Origin: Bythopirellula sp.
GTDB lineage: Bacteria > Planctomycetota > Planctomycetia > Pirellulales > Lacipirellulaceae
Length of the DNA: 64,000 nucleotides
Assembly: GCA_965216565.1 (NCBI GenBank)
Contig: OZ244170.1
Location: 4,448,001-4,512,000 of the forward strand
Direction: 5' to 3'
The notes beneath the pieces are model-generated. The model had not been told where the DNA came from and searched no databases. It saw only the letters and a program-made list of their open reading frames with translations. The first letter of the stretch is position 1; each line of letters opens with the position of its first letter. The translations under genes were made by a program, and so were the position numbers. Of the stretch, positions 20,001-29,354 are shown piece after piece.

Positions 20001-23000
20001 CACGGGCGGTGCTTGTCCTCCCATGCTGCTGCGCATCCGTTGCCAATCGACATCAATGGCCAAAGATTGAGTGATCTTCGCCTGCTGCACTTTGCCCAAT
20101 GCTTCGTGTGCTTCGCCTGCGGTCATCGGGGTGATTCCCTGCAGGGCCATTCGCTTGAGGATCCGCTCGTCGTCGGCCATGCCTTCGGTCCACGGTCCCC
20201 AATTGACGCTCGTTGCCGGTAGGCCTTGGGCTCGACGGTGCCAGGCGAGGCCGTCGAGGTACGCGTTGGCTGTGGCGTAGTTACTCTGTCCCGGCGAACC
20301 CAATATCGAAGCGGCCGACGAATAGAGTACGAAGAAATCGAGGTCGAGCGACTTGGTGTGTTCGTGGAGTAGCGTGCTGCCGATGATCTTGGGACCGAGG
20401 ACTTTTTGAAAACGATCCCAAGTTTGATTGGCGAGCAAGGCATCGTCCAACACACCTGCAGCATGAATCACACCCGCTAGCGGCTGGAGATCTTTGCCGA
20501 AGCGAGCGAACAACTTCTCGACGTCCGCCTGATTGCTCAGATTGGCGGAGTGGACAACGACCCGACACCCGGAATGCTCGATTTCATCGAGAATTTGTTG
20601 TGTCGATTCGTCGGGAGCACGACGCGACACGAGCACCACTTCCCCCGCACTCTCGTCGGCAAGCCATTTGGCAGCCAGTCGGCCAAGTTTTCCCAGGCCA
20701 CCGGTGATGAGATAACTGGCGTCTGCTTTGATCTCCAAGTTCCCTGCGGAACGATTGGGTCGCGCTTGCTTCATCCGGGGTACGAGCAACTGCGAATCGC
20801 GAATCGCAAACTGGCTGTCGGTGGTCTCAGCCAGCAAGATTTCTACCAGCGAATTCGCCGGGGCCGCTTGCTCGCTCGCCTCGGGTTCAAGATCGACGAG
20901 TCGACAACGTAGTTCGGGTTGCTCAGCCCCAATCACTCGACCCAAGCCCCAGAATTGGGTCTGGTGCGGATCGACTGTGAGATTCGCTGCGGTTCCATGA
21001 ACCGCGGCCTCGACTGCCCCAACGGTAACTAGCTGTAGTCCGCATTCCAAACCGCGGATTTCTTTTTCTTCCAACGTAGCAATTAAGTGCAGTAGGCCGG
21101 CGCAGTCTGATTGGGTTCCGTTCGGTATTTCATCCAGGGCGTCTGAAGTTTTGTCCTGACGGTTCACAAACCAGCAGATGCCCGCCGGGGCCGATTGAGC
21201 GGCTGACTGTTCGAAGAACTCTTTCCAGTTTTCGTGTTGCATTCCGCAGAATGTATAGTGCGATTCGCCTTGCTCAGAAAAAGCGGTATTTGGCGAAAGG
21301 CTGATTCTCGTTACGGAATGCCCTTCTGCTGTTAACTTCTCAATAGTGTTGCGAGCCAGATCCTTAGGATCGTCCTCATGCTCTATTACCCACCATTGTT
21401 TGGAATCTGTGGTGGCAGGCGGCAGACGCGACGGCTCCCAGCGGAGCTCGTATAGCAGACGCTCGGCGCCCGAGCCACTGAGTTTGCGGAACGCAGCGCG
21501 ATCGAACTGTTGGACTTTGAGCCCTTCGATTTCGACCAACACGTTGCCGGAGTTGTCGAATAGGTGCAGGTCGGCGGTGCGAAGGTTGCCTTCGTTTTGC
21601 GTCCAATGGGCGTGGCACCAAACCTCGCCTTCAATAGGTTGCAGGCAACGAACACGACCAATTCCAACGGGCAGAAACAGGTTGCCGTCGTCGTTTTGCA
21701 GCAGTCCCACGGCTAGGCTGTGCAAAGCCCCGTCGAGCAGCATCGGCGGCAGGGTAAAGCCACGTACATCGCTGTTGGTTGTCAGTTGGGCCAGGACATC
21801 GGTCTGGGAATATCGAAGTGACTGAATCGTTTGGAATTCTGGGCCGTACTGCAGTCCCAATTCGAGCATCTTGGCGTAAAAGTCCTCGGGATTGGCGGAA
21901 TGCTCGCAAGCGGCTTCCACTTGGCTGCGATCAATGACTGCCGGCGCGGGGCGGTCTGTTTTGGCAATTTTCGCGGAGAAGTTGCACTGCCAGTTGGCAC
22001 TGCCGGTAGGCTGCGAGTGAGTTTCGATCGTACGGGTTTTGTCCTCAGCGGTACGAACAATGGTCTGGAGTGTCGTCCGCGCGCTTGGTCGCAGGGGCTG
22101 CTGAAAAGCGATGTCTGTTAACTCACCACCCTCGGCGGCAGCCAAGGCAAGTTCCACGAACGCTGCGCCGGGTACTACAACGTGTTCCATCACCTGATGA
22201 TCGGGCAGCCAGGAGGGGCTGTCGGGTTCTAGGAAACTCTCGAAACGCGATTCGTTTGCGGTCCCCGCGAGAGAGACTTTGCTTCCCAACAGCGGATGGG
22301 CGGTATGGTAGTCGGAGTGAAATGCCCCCGGTTTGTCGGGGCCCCAAAAGCGACGGCGCTGAAAGGGATAAGTCGGGAGCAAAATGCGCTGGCAGGACTT
22401 GCCGGCAAACAGTTCGTCGAAGTTGGGCGTGACGCCGTGAACATAAAGCTGGCCGACGGCTTGGAGAATTGACTCGTTGTCGGAGCTCTCTTTTTGGAGG
22501 CAGCTAATGAGGCTGCTGGGGTCTTGTTTCCAATTAGCGGCCGCCATCCGGGAAAGAACTGCCTGTGGTCCGAGCTCAAGAATCGCATCGCAGCCCATAT
22601 CGTTAAGTGTTTCGATTGCCGTCGAGAATCGAACGGGCTGACGAATGTGTTGCGACCAATAACTTGCGTCTAAAACTGTGTCGGCTGCCACGACTTGGCC
22701 GGTCACATTGCACACCAACGGAATTTGGGTGGGCTGAAAATCGATCTGTGCGGCGAACTGCTGGAACGGTTCCAGCACAGGATCCATCAATGCCGAGTGG
22801 AATGCGTGTGAAGTGGTAAGGGACTTCGTGCGGATGTTGAGCTCTGCAAAACGGTTCTCTGCCTGGGCGACTTTTTCTTCTGCGCCGCTGATAACCAAAT
22901 GGGTGCCATTGAGGGCCGCGAGCGAGAGCCCGCTGCTTTCGATTTCATCTTGGACCGCGTCAAGCGGAGTAAATACGGCAAGCATGCGTCCGCCGGCGGG

Positions 23001-25085
23001 CAAGTCGCCGATGAGCCGGCCGCGCTCGCTAATTAAGCGCAAACCTTCGTCCCACGTCATGACCCCAGCGACGCATGCCGCGGCGTATTGGCCAACGCTG
23101 TGCCCCAGCACGACGTCGGGCTTGAGGCCCCAACTTTCCAGCAACTTGGCCAAGCCCATTTGGACGGCAAAGATTGCCGGCTGGGTCCAACTGGTATGGT
23201 CGATGCGGTCGGGGTGTTCCAGCAGAACTTCTAAGAGCGATCCATCGCGCCACTGGCCGAGCAGTTTCTCGCATGCGTCGATGCTGTCGCGGAACACAGC
23301 TTGCGACTCGTACAGTTCCCGAGCCATGCCGACATACTGCGAACCCTGCCCCGTGAATTGCCAGGCCACCTGCGGCGACTTGCGACGTTGGCTTTGGTAA
23401 AGGGAGTCTGCGCTGCCAGCCCGAGCCAGGGTGTTGAGTAGTTCGACCGCCTGGTTGCTATCGCGAGCCACCAGTGCCGCTCGATGTTCGAAGTGGCTGC
23501 GACCTGTGCAACTGGTGTAAGCAGCATTAGCTAGATCGATCGATTTGTTGCGGGCGATTTCCCGGGCGAATTGCTCCGCCTGTTCGAATAATGCTGTCTC
23601 GCTTTTGCCACTGACAACCATCAGCTGAGGTTCTGTCTGATCAGTATCTGGCAAACCGACTGAGCCGAGCGATTTCTGGGAGGTTTTCGATTCCTGTTGA
23701 GGGCTGTCGAGGGCTTCGATCACCACATGGGCGTTCGTGCCGCTCATGCCAAAAGCGCTAACGCCCGCGATGCGGCGGTCGCTGCCATTGGGCCAAGCCG
23801 TTGCTTCGGTCACCACTTTGACAGGGAGCTGGTCCCAGGGAATATGGGGGTTGGGAGTTTCGAAGTTGAGCTGTGCGGGAATCTTGTTGTGCTCGAGGGC
23901 CAGCAACACCTTGATAAGCCCCGCCATGCCGGCGGCCGCTTCGAGGTGACCGATATTGGTTTTCACGGAACCGACCAACAGCGGATTGTCGACAGTCCGT
24001 TCGCTGGCCAGCGCTGCCGCAGCTGCTTGAAGTTCAATCGGATCTCCAAGCTCGGTCCCAGTTCCATGGGCTTCGAGGTAGTCGACCTCGTTGGCATCGA
24101 CCCCTGCCCTTCCTAGTGCCTGGCGAATCACCTTCTGTTGTGCGCGGGGATTGGGGGCGGTTAGCCCGCTGCTGAATCCATTGTGGCCGACGGCCGAACC
24201 TCGGATCACTCCCAGGATCGGATCACCGTCGCGCTGCGCATCACTCAATCGGCGAATTGTCACCACACCGCAACCTTCACCCCGCAGATAACCGTCGGCA
24301 TCAGCATCGAAGGCGCGCGAATGGCCCTGGGGCGACAAGGCCTTAAGTTTGCAGGTGAGGATGTTGGTAGTTGGCGAGACGATAGCATTCACGCCACCCA
24401 CCAGGGCATGATCGCAATCGCGACGCTGGAGACTTTGAATTGCCAGATGCAAAGCCACGAGCGAAGACGAGCAAGCTGTATCGACCGCGACACTAGGTCC
24501 CTCGAGCCCCAGGAAGTAGGCCAACCGCCCGCAGAGAAAGCTGCCCGCGGCACCGGTGGCAATGTAGGGATTGAGATTCAGAAACGAATCGCTGGCTTCG
24601 TTCTGGTAATCGTTGTGCATCCAGCCGACGAAGATGCCAGTATTTGCACCAATCTGTTCCGGCTGCCAACCGGCCCGTTCTAAGGCTTCCCACCCGACTT
24701 CCATTAGCAGGCGTTGCTGTGGGTCGACCCAGGTCGCTTCGCGTGGCGAGATGCCAAAAAACTCCGGGTCCATTTGATCCAGATCGTCCAGGAACACGCC
24801 ATGACGGGCGTACATTTTGCCGGGGACTTCGGGATCCTCGTTGTAGAACGCGGGCAAGTCCCAACGGTCGTCCGGAATTTCGCTGACTTCATCCGTCTGG
24901 TCAACCAGGCATTGCCAAAACTGCTCGGGCGTGCGCGCCCGGCGAGGAAAGCGACAGGCCATCGAGACGATTGCAATCGGCTCGCCTCCGACCTGCTGGG
25001 CATCGGCGAGCTGTTGTTTCAATTCGCGTATGGCAAGCAGTGCCTGCTTGTTAGGCGAAAGTGGGTTGGAGGGTGAGTCGCTCAT
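17025..25085 (-). CDS. Type I modular PKS: KS-AT-DH-KR-ACP-KS(Cys>Ser)-AT(inactive); no TE
   Basis: KS1 DTACSSS/HGTGT/NIGH; AT1 GHSVG + HAFH (malonyl type); DH HPLLG..HQVMEHVVVP; KR GGLGKLG, LDD, NYATAN; ACP GLDSL; KS2 DTASSSS/HGTGT/NISH; AT2 GTGIG. Start placed at MSDSPS (25085). Confidence 0.93.
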   Translation of the reverse strand: MSDSPSNPLSPNKQALLAIRELKQQLADAQQVGGEPIAIVSMACRFPRRARTPEQFWQCLVDQTDEVSEIPDDRWDLPAFYNEDPEVPGKMYARHGVFLDDLDQMDPEFFGISPREATWVDPQQRLLMEVGWEALERAGWQPEQIGANTGIFVGWMHNDYQNEASDSFLNLNPYIATGAAGSFLCGRLAYFLGLEGPSVAVDTACSSSLVALHLAIQSLQRRDCDHALVGGVNAIVSPTTNILTCKLKALSPQGHSRAFDADADGYLRGEGCGVVTIRRLSDAQRDGDPILGVIRGSAVGHNGFSSGLTAPNPRAQQKVIRQALGRAGVDANEVDYLEAHGTGTELGDPIELQAAAAALASERTVDNPLLVGSVKTNIGHLEAAAGMAGLIKVLLALEHNKIPAQLNFETPNPHIPWDQLPVKVVTEATAWPNGSDRRIAGVSAFGMSGTNAHVVIEALDSPQQESKTSQKSLGSVGLPDTDQTEPQLMVVSGKSETALFEQAEQFAREIARNKSIDLANAAYTSCTGRSHFEHRAALVARDSNQAVELLNTLARAGSADSLYQSQRRKSPQVAWQFTGQGSQYVGMARELYESQAVFRDSIDACEKLLGQWRDGSLLEVLLEHPDRIDHTSWTQPAIFAVQMGLAKLLESWGLKPDVVLGHSVGQYAAACVAGVMTWDEGLRLISERGRLIGDLPAGGRMLAVFTPLDAVQDEIESSGLSLAALNGTHLVISGAEEKVAQAENRFAELNIRTKSLTTSHAFHSALMDPVLEPFQQFAAQIDFQPTQIPLVCNVTGQVVAADTVLDASYWSQHIRQPVRFSTAIETLNDMGCDAILELGPQAVLSRMAAANWKQDPSSLISCLQKESSDNESILQAVGQLYVHGVTPNFDELFAGKSCQRILLPTYPFQRRRFWGPDKPGAFHSDYHTAHPLLGSKVSLAGTANESRFESFLEPDSPSWLPDHQVMEHVVVPGAAFVELALAAAEGGELTDIAFQQPLRPSARTTLQTIVRTAEDKTRTIETHSQPTGSANWQCNFSAKIAKTDRPAPAVIDRSQVEAACEHSANPEDFYAKMLELGLQYGPEFQTIQSLRYSQTDVLAQLTTNSDVRGFTLPPMLLDGALHSLAVGLLQNDDGNLFLPVGIGRVRCLQPIEGEVWCHAHWTQNEGNLRTADLHLFDNSGNVLVEIEGLKVQQFDRAAFRKLSGSGAERLLYELRWEPSRLPPATTDSKQWWVIEHEDDPKDLARNTIEKLTAEGHSVTRISLSPNTAFSEQGESHYTFCGMQHENWKEFFEQSAAQSAPAGICWFVNRQDKTSDALDEIPNGTQSDCAGLLHLIATLEEKEIRGLECGLQLVTVGAVEAAVHGTAANLTVDPHQTQFWGLGRVIGAEQPELRCRLVDLEPEASEQAAPANSLVEILLAETTDSQFAIRDSQLLVPRMKQARPNRSAGNLEIKADASYLITGGLGKLGRLAAKWLADESAGEVVLVSRRAPDESTQQILDEIEHSGCRVVVHSANLSNQADVEKLFARFGKDLQPLAGVIHAAGVLDDALLANQTWDRFQKVLGPKIIGSTLLHEHTKSLDLDFFVLYSSAASILGSPGQSNYATANAYLDGLAWHRRAQGLPATSVNWGPWTEGMADDERILKRMALQGITPMTAGEAHEALGKVQQAKITQSLAIDVDWQRMRSSMGGQAPPVLAELMPATRRRQSGDSELVTKLKKLRGPDQRELLLATIQGTIGEILSSSEAPETDRPLIEMGLDSLMAVEFGTELARLLGDDIAIGPTMFFEHPTIDAITDYLLEMIVGQGEEESAEPSAIAASATDAPHIAPQAREDIAIVGMSCRFPGAHNLDEFWDNLLQGVDSVNEIPADRWDIEHFYDAEGAPGKMPTREGGFLEDIGQFDPEFFNISAQEACWIDPQHRLLLENSYHALEHAGIATQPLADANVGVFMGIMGQDYAFLPRLGDEEIIKAFQGAGLSHSAGVGRISYIFGFEGPSIAVDTASSSSLVAVLQAVRSLQDGNCNMALAGGVNAILAPVNSLLMSKAGLLAPDGRCKSFSAEANGFGRGEGCGVVVLKRLSDAQRQGDRVLAVIRGGAIVHNGFSGGITSPSGRSQSRMIGEAIKDAGVAPGEVQYLEAHGTGTEFGDAMELGAAATVYGKGRKRDQPLLVGSVKANISHLEAAGGISGLIKTVLALDSGVIPRQVHFEKPSTHIPWSRLPVQVVNDQTAWPEAEQRVAGVTALGLVGTNAHVILSSAEQSDETAAEEPAPEVQRPANLLPLSARSPAALIELAQRYRQFIDTNPESDLADICHTAGVGRRHHEHRVALLAESREQLLNGLDRLLTEESERLAAKANQAEVNGAYSVNGNGKKSGTPTASSTAKVACVFAGTASDDLTAGRQLYSAEPEFRSLITEFDKRLADHFAGGDLLPSQLQDWFSADHHEPPETNDLHLYALQAGIAKLWQSWGIEPDAVFGTGIGQYTATCAAGGLCYFDALVLIAERLRLQSEFDIPPSSDESDLNDDQRAALDRFEALADTFNYYPPNLPLVCSLDAQLIPVHRSLGGSYWRRHCIESPSDAALEVLHSTNPQYVLGVGPEDSMNEFSKQLTAASASRFIPSLSSDTHASSSLLAALGQLYQSGFNPDFPALDKPWARQRIALPNYPFQKQRYWITEIADHVQEVAESVPS

Positions 25086-25135
25086 GTTTCTCGGTGGTAT
25101 CGTCTGGATCCTTTTGGAATTCACATCTTTTTCTT

Positions 25136-25204
25136 AACAGGAGGAAACGGAGGAAGCAGAGGAATAGATTGGAACTTTTTCTGTTTTCGCTGTTTCCTGC
25201 TGTT
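25136..25204. repeat. Imperfect purine/pyrimidine inverted repeat
   Basis: AACAGGAGGAAACGGAGGAAGCAGA pairs imperfectly with TCTGTTTTCGCTGTTTCCTGCTGTT, between the ligase and PKS genes. Confidence 0.5.
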
Positions 25205-25266
25205 TGAATCAATTCACTGTCGAATTGAGTTTCTGTTGTTGAGTCTCGTTCTATTGAAACGTGAAT

Positions 25267-27282
25267 TTATGCGTTTCCCAACTCGCGCATTAATTCTTGA
25301 TAGGCTTCGTCTTCGGACATGGACTCGACGTCCGCTTGCAGCTGGTTGCCCGGCGGATTGGCATCGCTTGAGGCGGGCACTACGGCTGCGGGGCTGTCGA
25401 CCTTGGGTGCAGGTTCCTTGGTTTGCTTATCTGCTGACAAGGTTTCCACTAGGAACTCCGCCAGATCGACGATGCGGGGATAATCGAAAACCAGGGTGGC
25501 CGGGAGGGGATGGTCGCTCCCCACTTCTGCTTGCAGTTGGTTGCTGACCTCCACGATCATTAGCGAATCGAGCCCAACGTCCAGGAAGCGTGCCTCCGGC
25601 GGAGGCAGTTCTTGCTCGGGAGTGAGCGTCTGGACCATGGTTTGAATGAATGTCGTCGCCTCGCGTTTCCAATTGGCTTTGTGGGTGTGGGCGAGCAGTG
25701 GAGCCAACTGGGGTGCGGGCAGTTGCGACTTGCTCGGCAAAGCATCGCCAGTCATTGCAGTTTCTGCGGATGGACTCGCACTGTGCTGTTCCCTCAGAAC
25801 TTTCTTGAGGACTTTGCCGGAGGGGTTCCGGGGCAGCTTCTCGAGCAGGAACACTCGTCGCGGTGCTTTATAATTTGCCAAATGGTCTTGGCCGAATTGC
25901 TTGATCTCCGAAATAAATTCTTCCTCGTCATTCGCAGTGCCCTCGGCAGGCGCGACGAAAGCAACAACCTGTTCGCCAAAGACTTCATCGGGAAGCCCCA
26001 CTACCGCCACTTCTGCGATACTAGGGTGATCGAGTAGCACACGCTCTACTTCCGCGGGGTAAACTTTCAGCCCTCCCACCGCGATCATGTCTTTCAGTCG
26101 ATCGACGATGTAGAAGAAGCCATCTATGTCTTGTTTGCCGATATCACCCGAGTGGAACCAGCCATCACGAAGCACCTCGGCTGTTTCATCTGGTCGATTC
26201 CAATAACCGAGCATCACGTTAGGGCCGCGAATGGCGATCTCGCCAAGTTCGTCAGCAGGGCAAGGTTCGCCCGTTTCGGAATCGACAATTCGCATTTGCA
26301 CGTTGTCGATCGGCGTTCCAATCGAACCGGCTAAGTACTTGAGGTGATGGTTGTAGCTGGCAAAAGGAGACGTTTCTGTTAAACCATAACCTTCGTTGAT
26401 CGGCATGCCAAATTTATCCAGCCAGCGCTCACTAATCTGGAGCGGTAGCGGGGCGGCAGCGGAGAAACAGTACCGCACGCTCGCTAGATCGCTGGGCACG
26501 CAGCTCTCGTGAAAGAGCTGAAACATAGTGGGCACGCCGTAGAGTTGGGTGACCTGTTCGGTGGCGATCAGTTGCTTGGACTCTAAGAGATCAAAGCTTC
26601 GCTGCAGCACCAACTTCGCACCGACGTTTAACGCGGAATTGAGCAATGCGTTTTGGCCAAAACAGTGAAACAATGGCACGGCTAACAGGATACGATCCTC
26701 CGCACGCATGTCGCAAAGATGATTGAAGGCATGCACATTGCTGCGGACGTTGCTGTGCGACAGGGTCGCGCCTTTGGGGACCCCGGTTGTGCCGGAGGTG
26801 TAGAGTATCAAGGCAGGGTCGTCCGGTTTCGCATCTACCCAAGCTGAGCTGCCAGGTAGATCGGTCGGCAGTGGCTTGCCATCGCATTGGCTGGCATCTT
26901 CGGTTACTTCGAGTACAGCGATGTCGGAAGACTCTAAAGCGGTGGAAACCGCAGCGAGTGCCGTGGAATCGGTAACCAAGGCTCGAGCCCCCGAGTCGGA
27001 GATCACAAAGCTAACTTCGTCGGCTACCGATCGTGTGCTAATCGATAACGCCACACCACCGATGCGTAATGCCGCGTAGTACCAAACCACAAACGAAGGC
27101 ACATTCGGCAGCATGATGGCCACGCGATCGCCGGGCGCGACACCTGCACGACGCAGGAGTTCAGCCGCTTGTATCGTGAGCGCGTCGAGCTGAGCGTAGC
27201 TGTAGCGACGGCTCTCGAAAACGAGTGCTTCCCGATCGGGAACCAGGCGCGCCGGGACGGTCAAATGTTCGCAAATATTCAT
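25267..27282 (-). CDS. Acyl/aryl-AMP ligase fused to ACP (PKS loading module) with C-terminal docking helix
   Basis: YTSGTTGVPKG, EGYGLTE, HSGD and SGKVLK; ACP GLDSL..LPATLVFDYP; tail MSEDEAYQELMREL. Confidence 0.9.
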   Translation of the reverse strand: MNICEHLTVPARLVPDREALVFESRRYSYAQLDALTIQAAELLRRAGVAPGDRVAIMLPNVPSFVVWYYAALRIGGVALSISTRSVADEVSFVISDSGARALVTDSTALAAVSTALESSDIAVLEVTEDASQCDGKPLPTDLPGSSAWVDAKPDDPALILYTSGTTGVPKGATLSHSNVRSNVHAFNHLCDMRAEDRILLAVPLFHCFGQNALLNSALNVGAKLVLQRSFDLLESKQLIATEQVTQLYGVPTMFQLFHESCVPSDLASVRYCFSAAAPLPLQISERWLDKFGMPINEGYGLTETSPFASYNHHLKYLAGSIGTPIDNVQMRIVDSETGEPCPADELGEIAIRGPNVMLGYWNRPDETAEVLRDGWFHSGDIGKQDIDGFFYIVDRLKDMIAVGGLKVYPAEVERVLLDHPSIAEVAVVGLPDEVFGEQVVAFVAPAEGTANDEEEFISEIKQFGQDHLANYKAPRRVFLLEKLPRNPSGKVLKKVLREQHSASPSAETAMTGDALPSKSQLPAPQLAPLLAHTHKANWKREATTFIQTMVQTLTPEQELPPPEARFLDVGLDSLMIVEVSNQLQAEVGSDHPLPATLVFDYPRIVDLAEFLVETLSADKQTKEPAPKVDSPAAVVPASSDANPPGNQLQADVESMSEDEAYQELMRELGNA

Positions 27283-27327
27283 GGTGTTCGGAGGCTGCTA
27301 CGTTTCGCGTAGCCAGAGTAATTGCAG

Positions 27328-29034
27328 CTAACTGTCGCCAAGAAATTGATGGTAAGATTCCAGCACAGGGGAGATCGAATTGACAATTGCTCCGTCACTG
27401 CCAATTTGATCGACCAAGGCTGCAAGATCTTGCTCCAGCCAACGATCCGAGTCATCCATGAGAAAAGGTTGTTTGCCAGTCGGCTCGCAACCCACCGCAA
27501 GCGTTGCCGCCGTATAAAGGGGTTCTAGTGTTTCGCCCAACAGGGCCCGCCCATCGTAATGCCCGCAAAGCATCTTGGCACGTAAGTCGAGTGCCTGGAT
27601 AGAAAACACCAAGGCAACTGCGGAGTAGTGTTGAAATAGTTCGACCGAACGCCAGGCCATGTTTGCCGATCCCCAGCTCAGACCGTTGATATTTTGGTTA
27701 AATTGCTCGGCATGGGTGGGGAAGTGCTCGACGATTGGGTTGCCCAGGTAGGTGAGCATCGGCATGATCGAATTGCCGGTAATCTGCAATCCCTTCAAAC
27801 CCATGTTGTAGGGCAGTCGATCGTTGCCTCGTAGCGAACTTGGCAAGCCGTTGTTAAAAGATGGCGCGACCAGCGACGCGATCTGCACATCGAGATGCTT
27901 GGCAAGTAAGCCGAGAAAGCGACGCAAATCGTCCATCGCCATACCAACATACTGACCCAGGAAATTGCCACTTTGGTAGAACTGCTCCGACTTGGAATCG
28001 ATCAGCGGATTATCGGAGACCGCGTTCATTTCGGTCTCAACCGTCTCAGTGATTCGAGCCATTCCCTCGATGATGGGGCCCATGTATTGAGGCAAGCAGC
28101 GGAGTGAGTAGCGGTCTTGGATGCCCCCCGGCTGGATCTCAGAATTCGCGGCACCGTTGAGCGCGGCCCGATCTTCTTTGAAGAGCCGATGCATCATATT
28201 AGCCGTCCAGACCTGACCAGGATGGGGCTTGCGGGCGTGGACGAAACCCTCAAAGGGTTCGATTTGCACTTGGAGTGCTTCAAGCATCATGGCTTGCGTG
28301 CAGAGCGCAAGTGCCATGAGCCCGGTCGATTCAGCTATGCAGTTCGCGGCAATCGCCGATGAAAACGACGTGCCATTGACGATGGCTAGACCTTCCTTGG
28401 GACGAAGTTCTAATGGCTCCAAGTTTAATGCTTCCAGCGCAGCCGGGCCGGGTATCTCTTTGTCGCCGAACTCAACGTTGACAGAGTTGCTGTGCCCGGT
28501 GATGGCTCGCGCAATAGCGGAAAGTGGGACGAGATCGCCGCTAGCGCCGATCGACCCCAGTTCACGCACCACGGGAGTAGCACCCGAGTTCAAAAAGTGA
28601 ACGAGCCGTTGGATAATTTCTAGACGTGTGCCAGAGTAACCACGGAACAGGACATTGGCTCGTAGAGCCATCGCGGCCCGGACGTGGCGTTTGTCGACTG
28701 GCTGCCCTGCACCAGTGGCTAGGAACGAGAGCAGATTGTTCTGCGATGCGGCCGCAAGATCGCAGGGCACCGGCACGTCGGCCATTCCACCGAAGCCGGT
28801 GGTAACTCCATAGATCGCCCAGCCTTCGTCAACCGCCCGTTCGACCAAGCCAGCAGCAGTGGCGATGCGCTCAATTCTTGTTGGGTCGTCACTGAGAGAA
28901 AGTTGGCAGGTCGCTTTGCCGATCTCGCAGACTTGCCCAATCTCTAGAGGGGAACCGTCGATCACAAGTTGTGGCGATGAGGAGACCCGCTGATCTTCGG
29001 CTATCAACATATTTTCTTCGCTGCTCGAGAGCAT
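27328..29034 (-). CDS. MIO-dependent aromatic amino acid ammonia-lyase, phenylalanine ammonia-lyase type
   Basis: GSIGASGDLVPL (MIO-forming ASG), IYGVTTGFGGMA, QDRYSLRC, HAEQFNQNIN; the specificity segment SFLATGAG carries Phe-Leu. Confidence 0.88.
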   Translation of the reverse strand: MLSSSEENMLIAEDQRVSSSPQLVIDGSPLEIGQVCEIGKATCQLSLSDDPTRIERIATAAGLVERAVDEGWAIYGVTTGFGGMADVPVPCDLAAASQNNLLSFLATGAGQPVDKRHVRAAMALRANVLFRGYSGTRLEIIQRLVHFLNSGATPVVRELGSIGASGDLVPLSAIARAITGHSNSVNVEFGDKEIPGPAALEALNLEPLELRPKEGLAIVNGTSFSSAIAANCIAESTGLMALALCTQAMMLEALQVQIEPFEGFVHARKPHPGQVWTANMMHRLFKEDRAALNGAANSEIQPGGIQDRYSLRCLPQYMGPIIEGMARITETVETEMNAVSDNPLIDSKSEQFYQSGNFLGQYVGMAMDDLRRFLGLLAKHLDVQIASLVAPSFNNGLPSSLRGNDRLPYNMGLKGLQITGNSIMPMLTYLGNPIVEHFPTHAEQFNQNINGLSWGSANMAWRSVELFQHYSAVALVFSIQALDLRAKMLCGHYDGRALLGETLEPLYTAATLAVGCEPTGKQPFLMDDSDRWLEQDLAALVDQIGSDGAIVNSISPVLESYHQFLGDS

Positions 29035-29354
29035 CTTGCCCTTTAATGTGCCTACGCTTTTGCGGTCGGTGCGGTAATCTTTGGGGAACGTCGGGACACG
29101 TTTAGGTAATTTGCGTTAACTGTCGAATTGGCCGGTTATTCTAATAGAATTTCTAGGCGTGAAACAGTTGCTGGAAACCGAACGATCGTCTGCTTCCCTG
29201 AGAATACGACAGATTGGCTTGATTCGTTCAGGGTGGTCGGCACCGAGGATTGGCGCCGACACGGGCTGCTGGGAGTGGGTTTCAGAGATAAGTCCCGGTT
29301 GACTAGGCACTTAAGTCAGATTGCCATTCGCCCCCAGAGCGAGTGGCACCTTGT

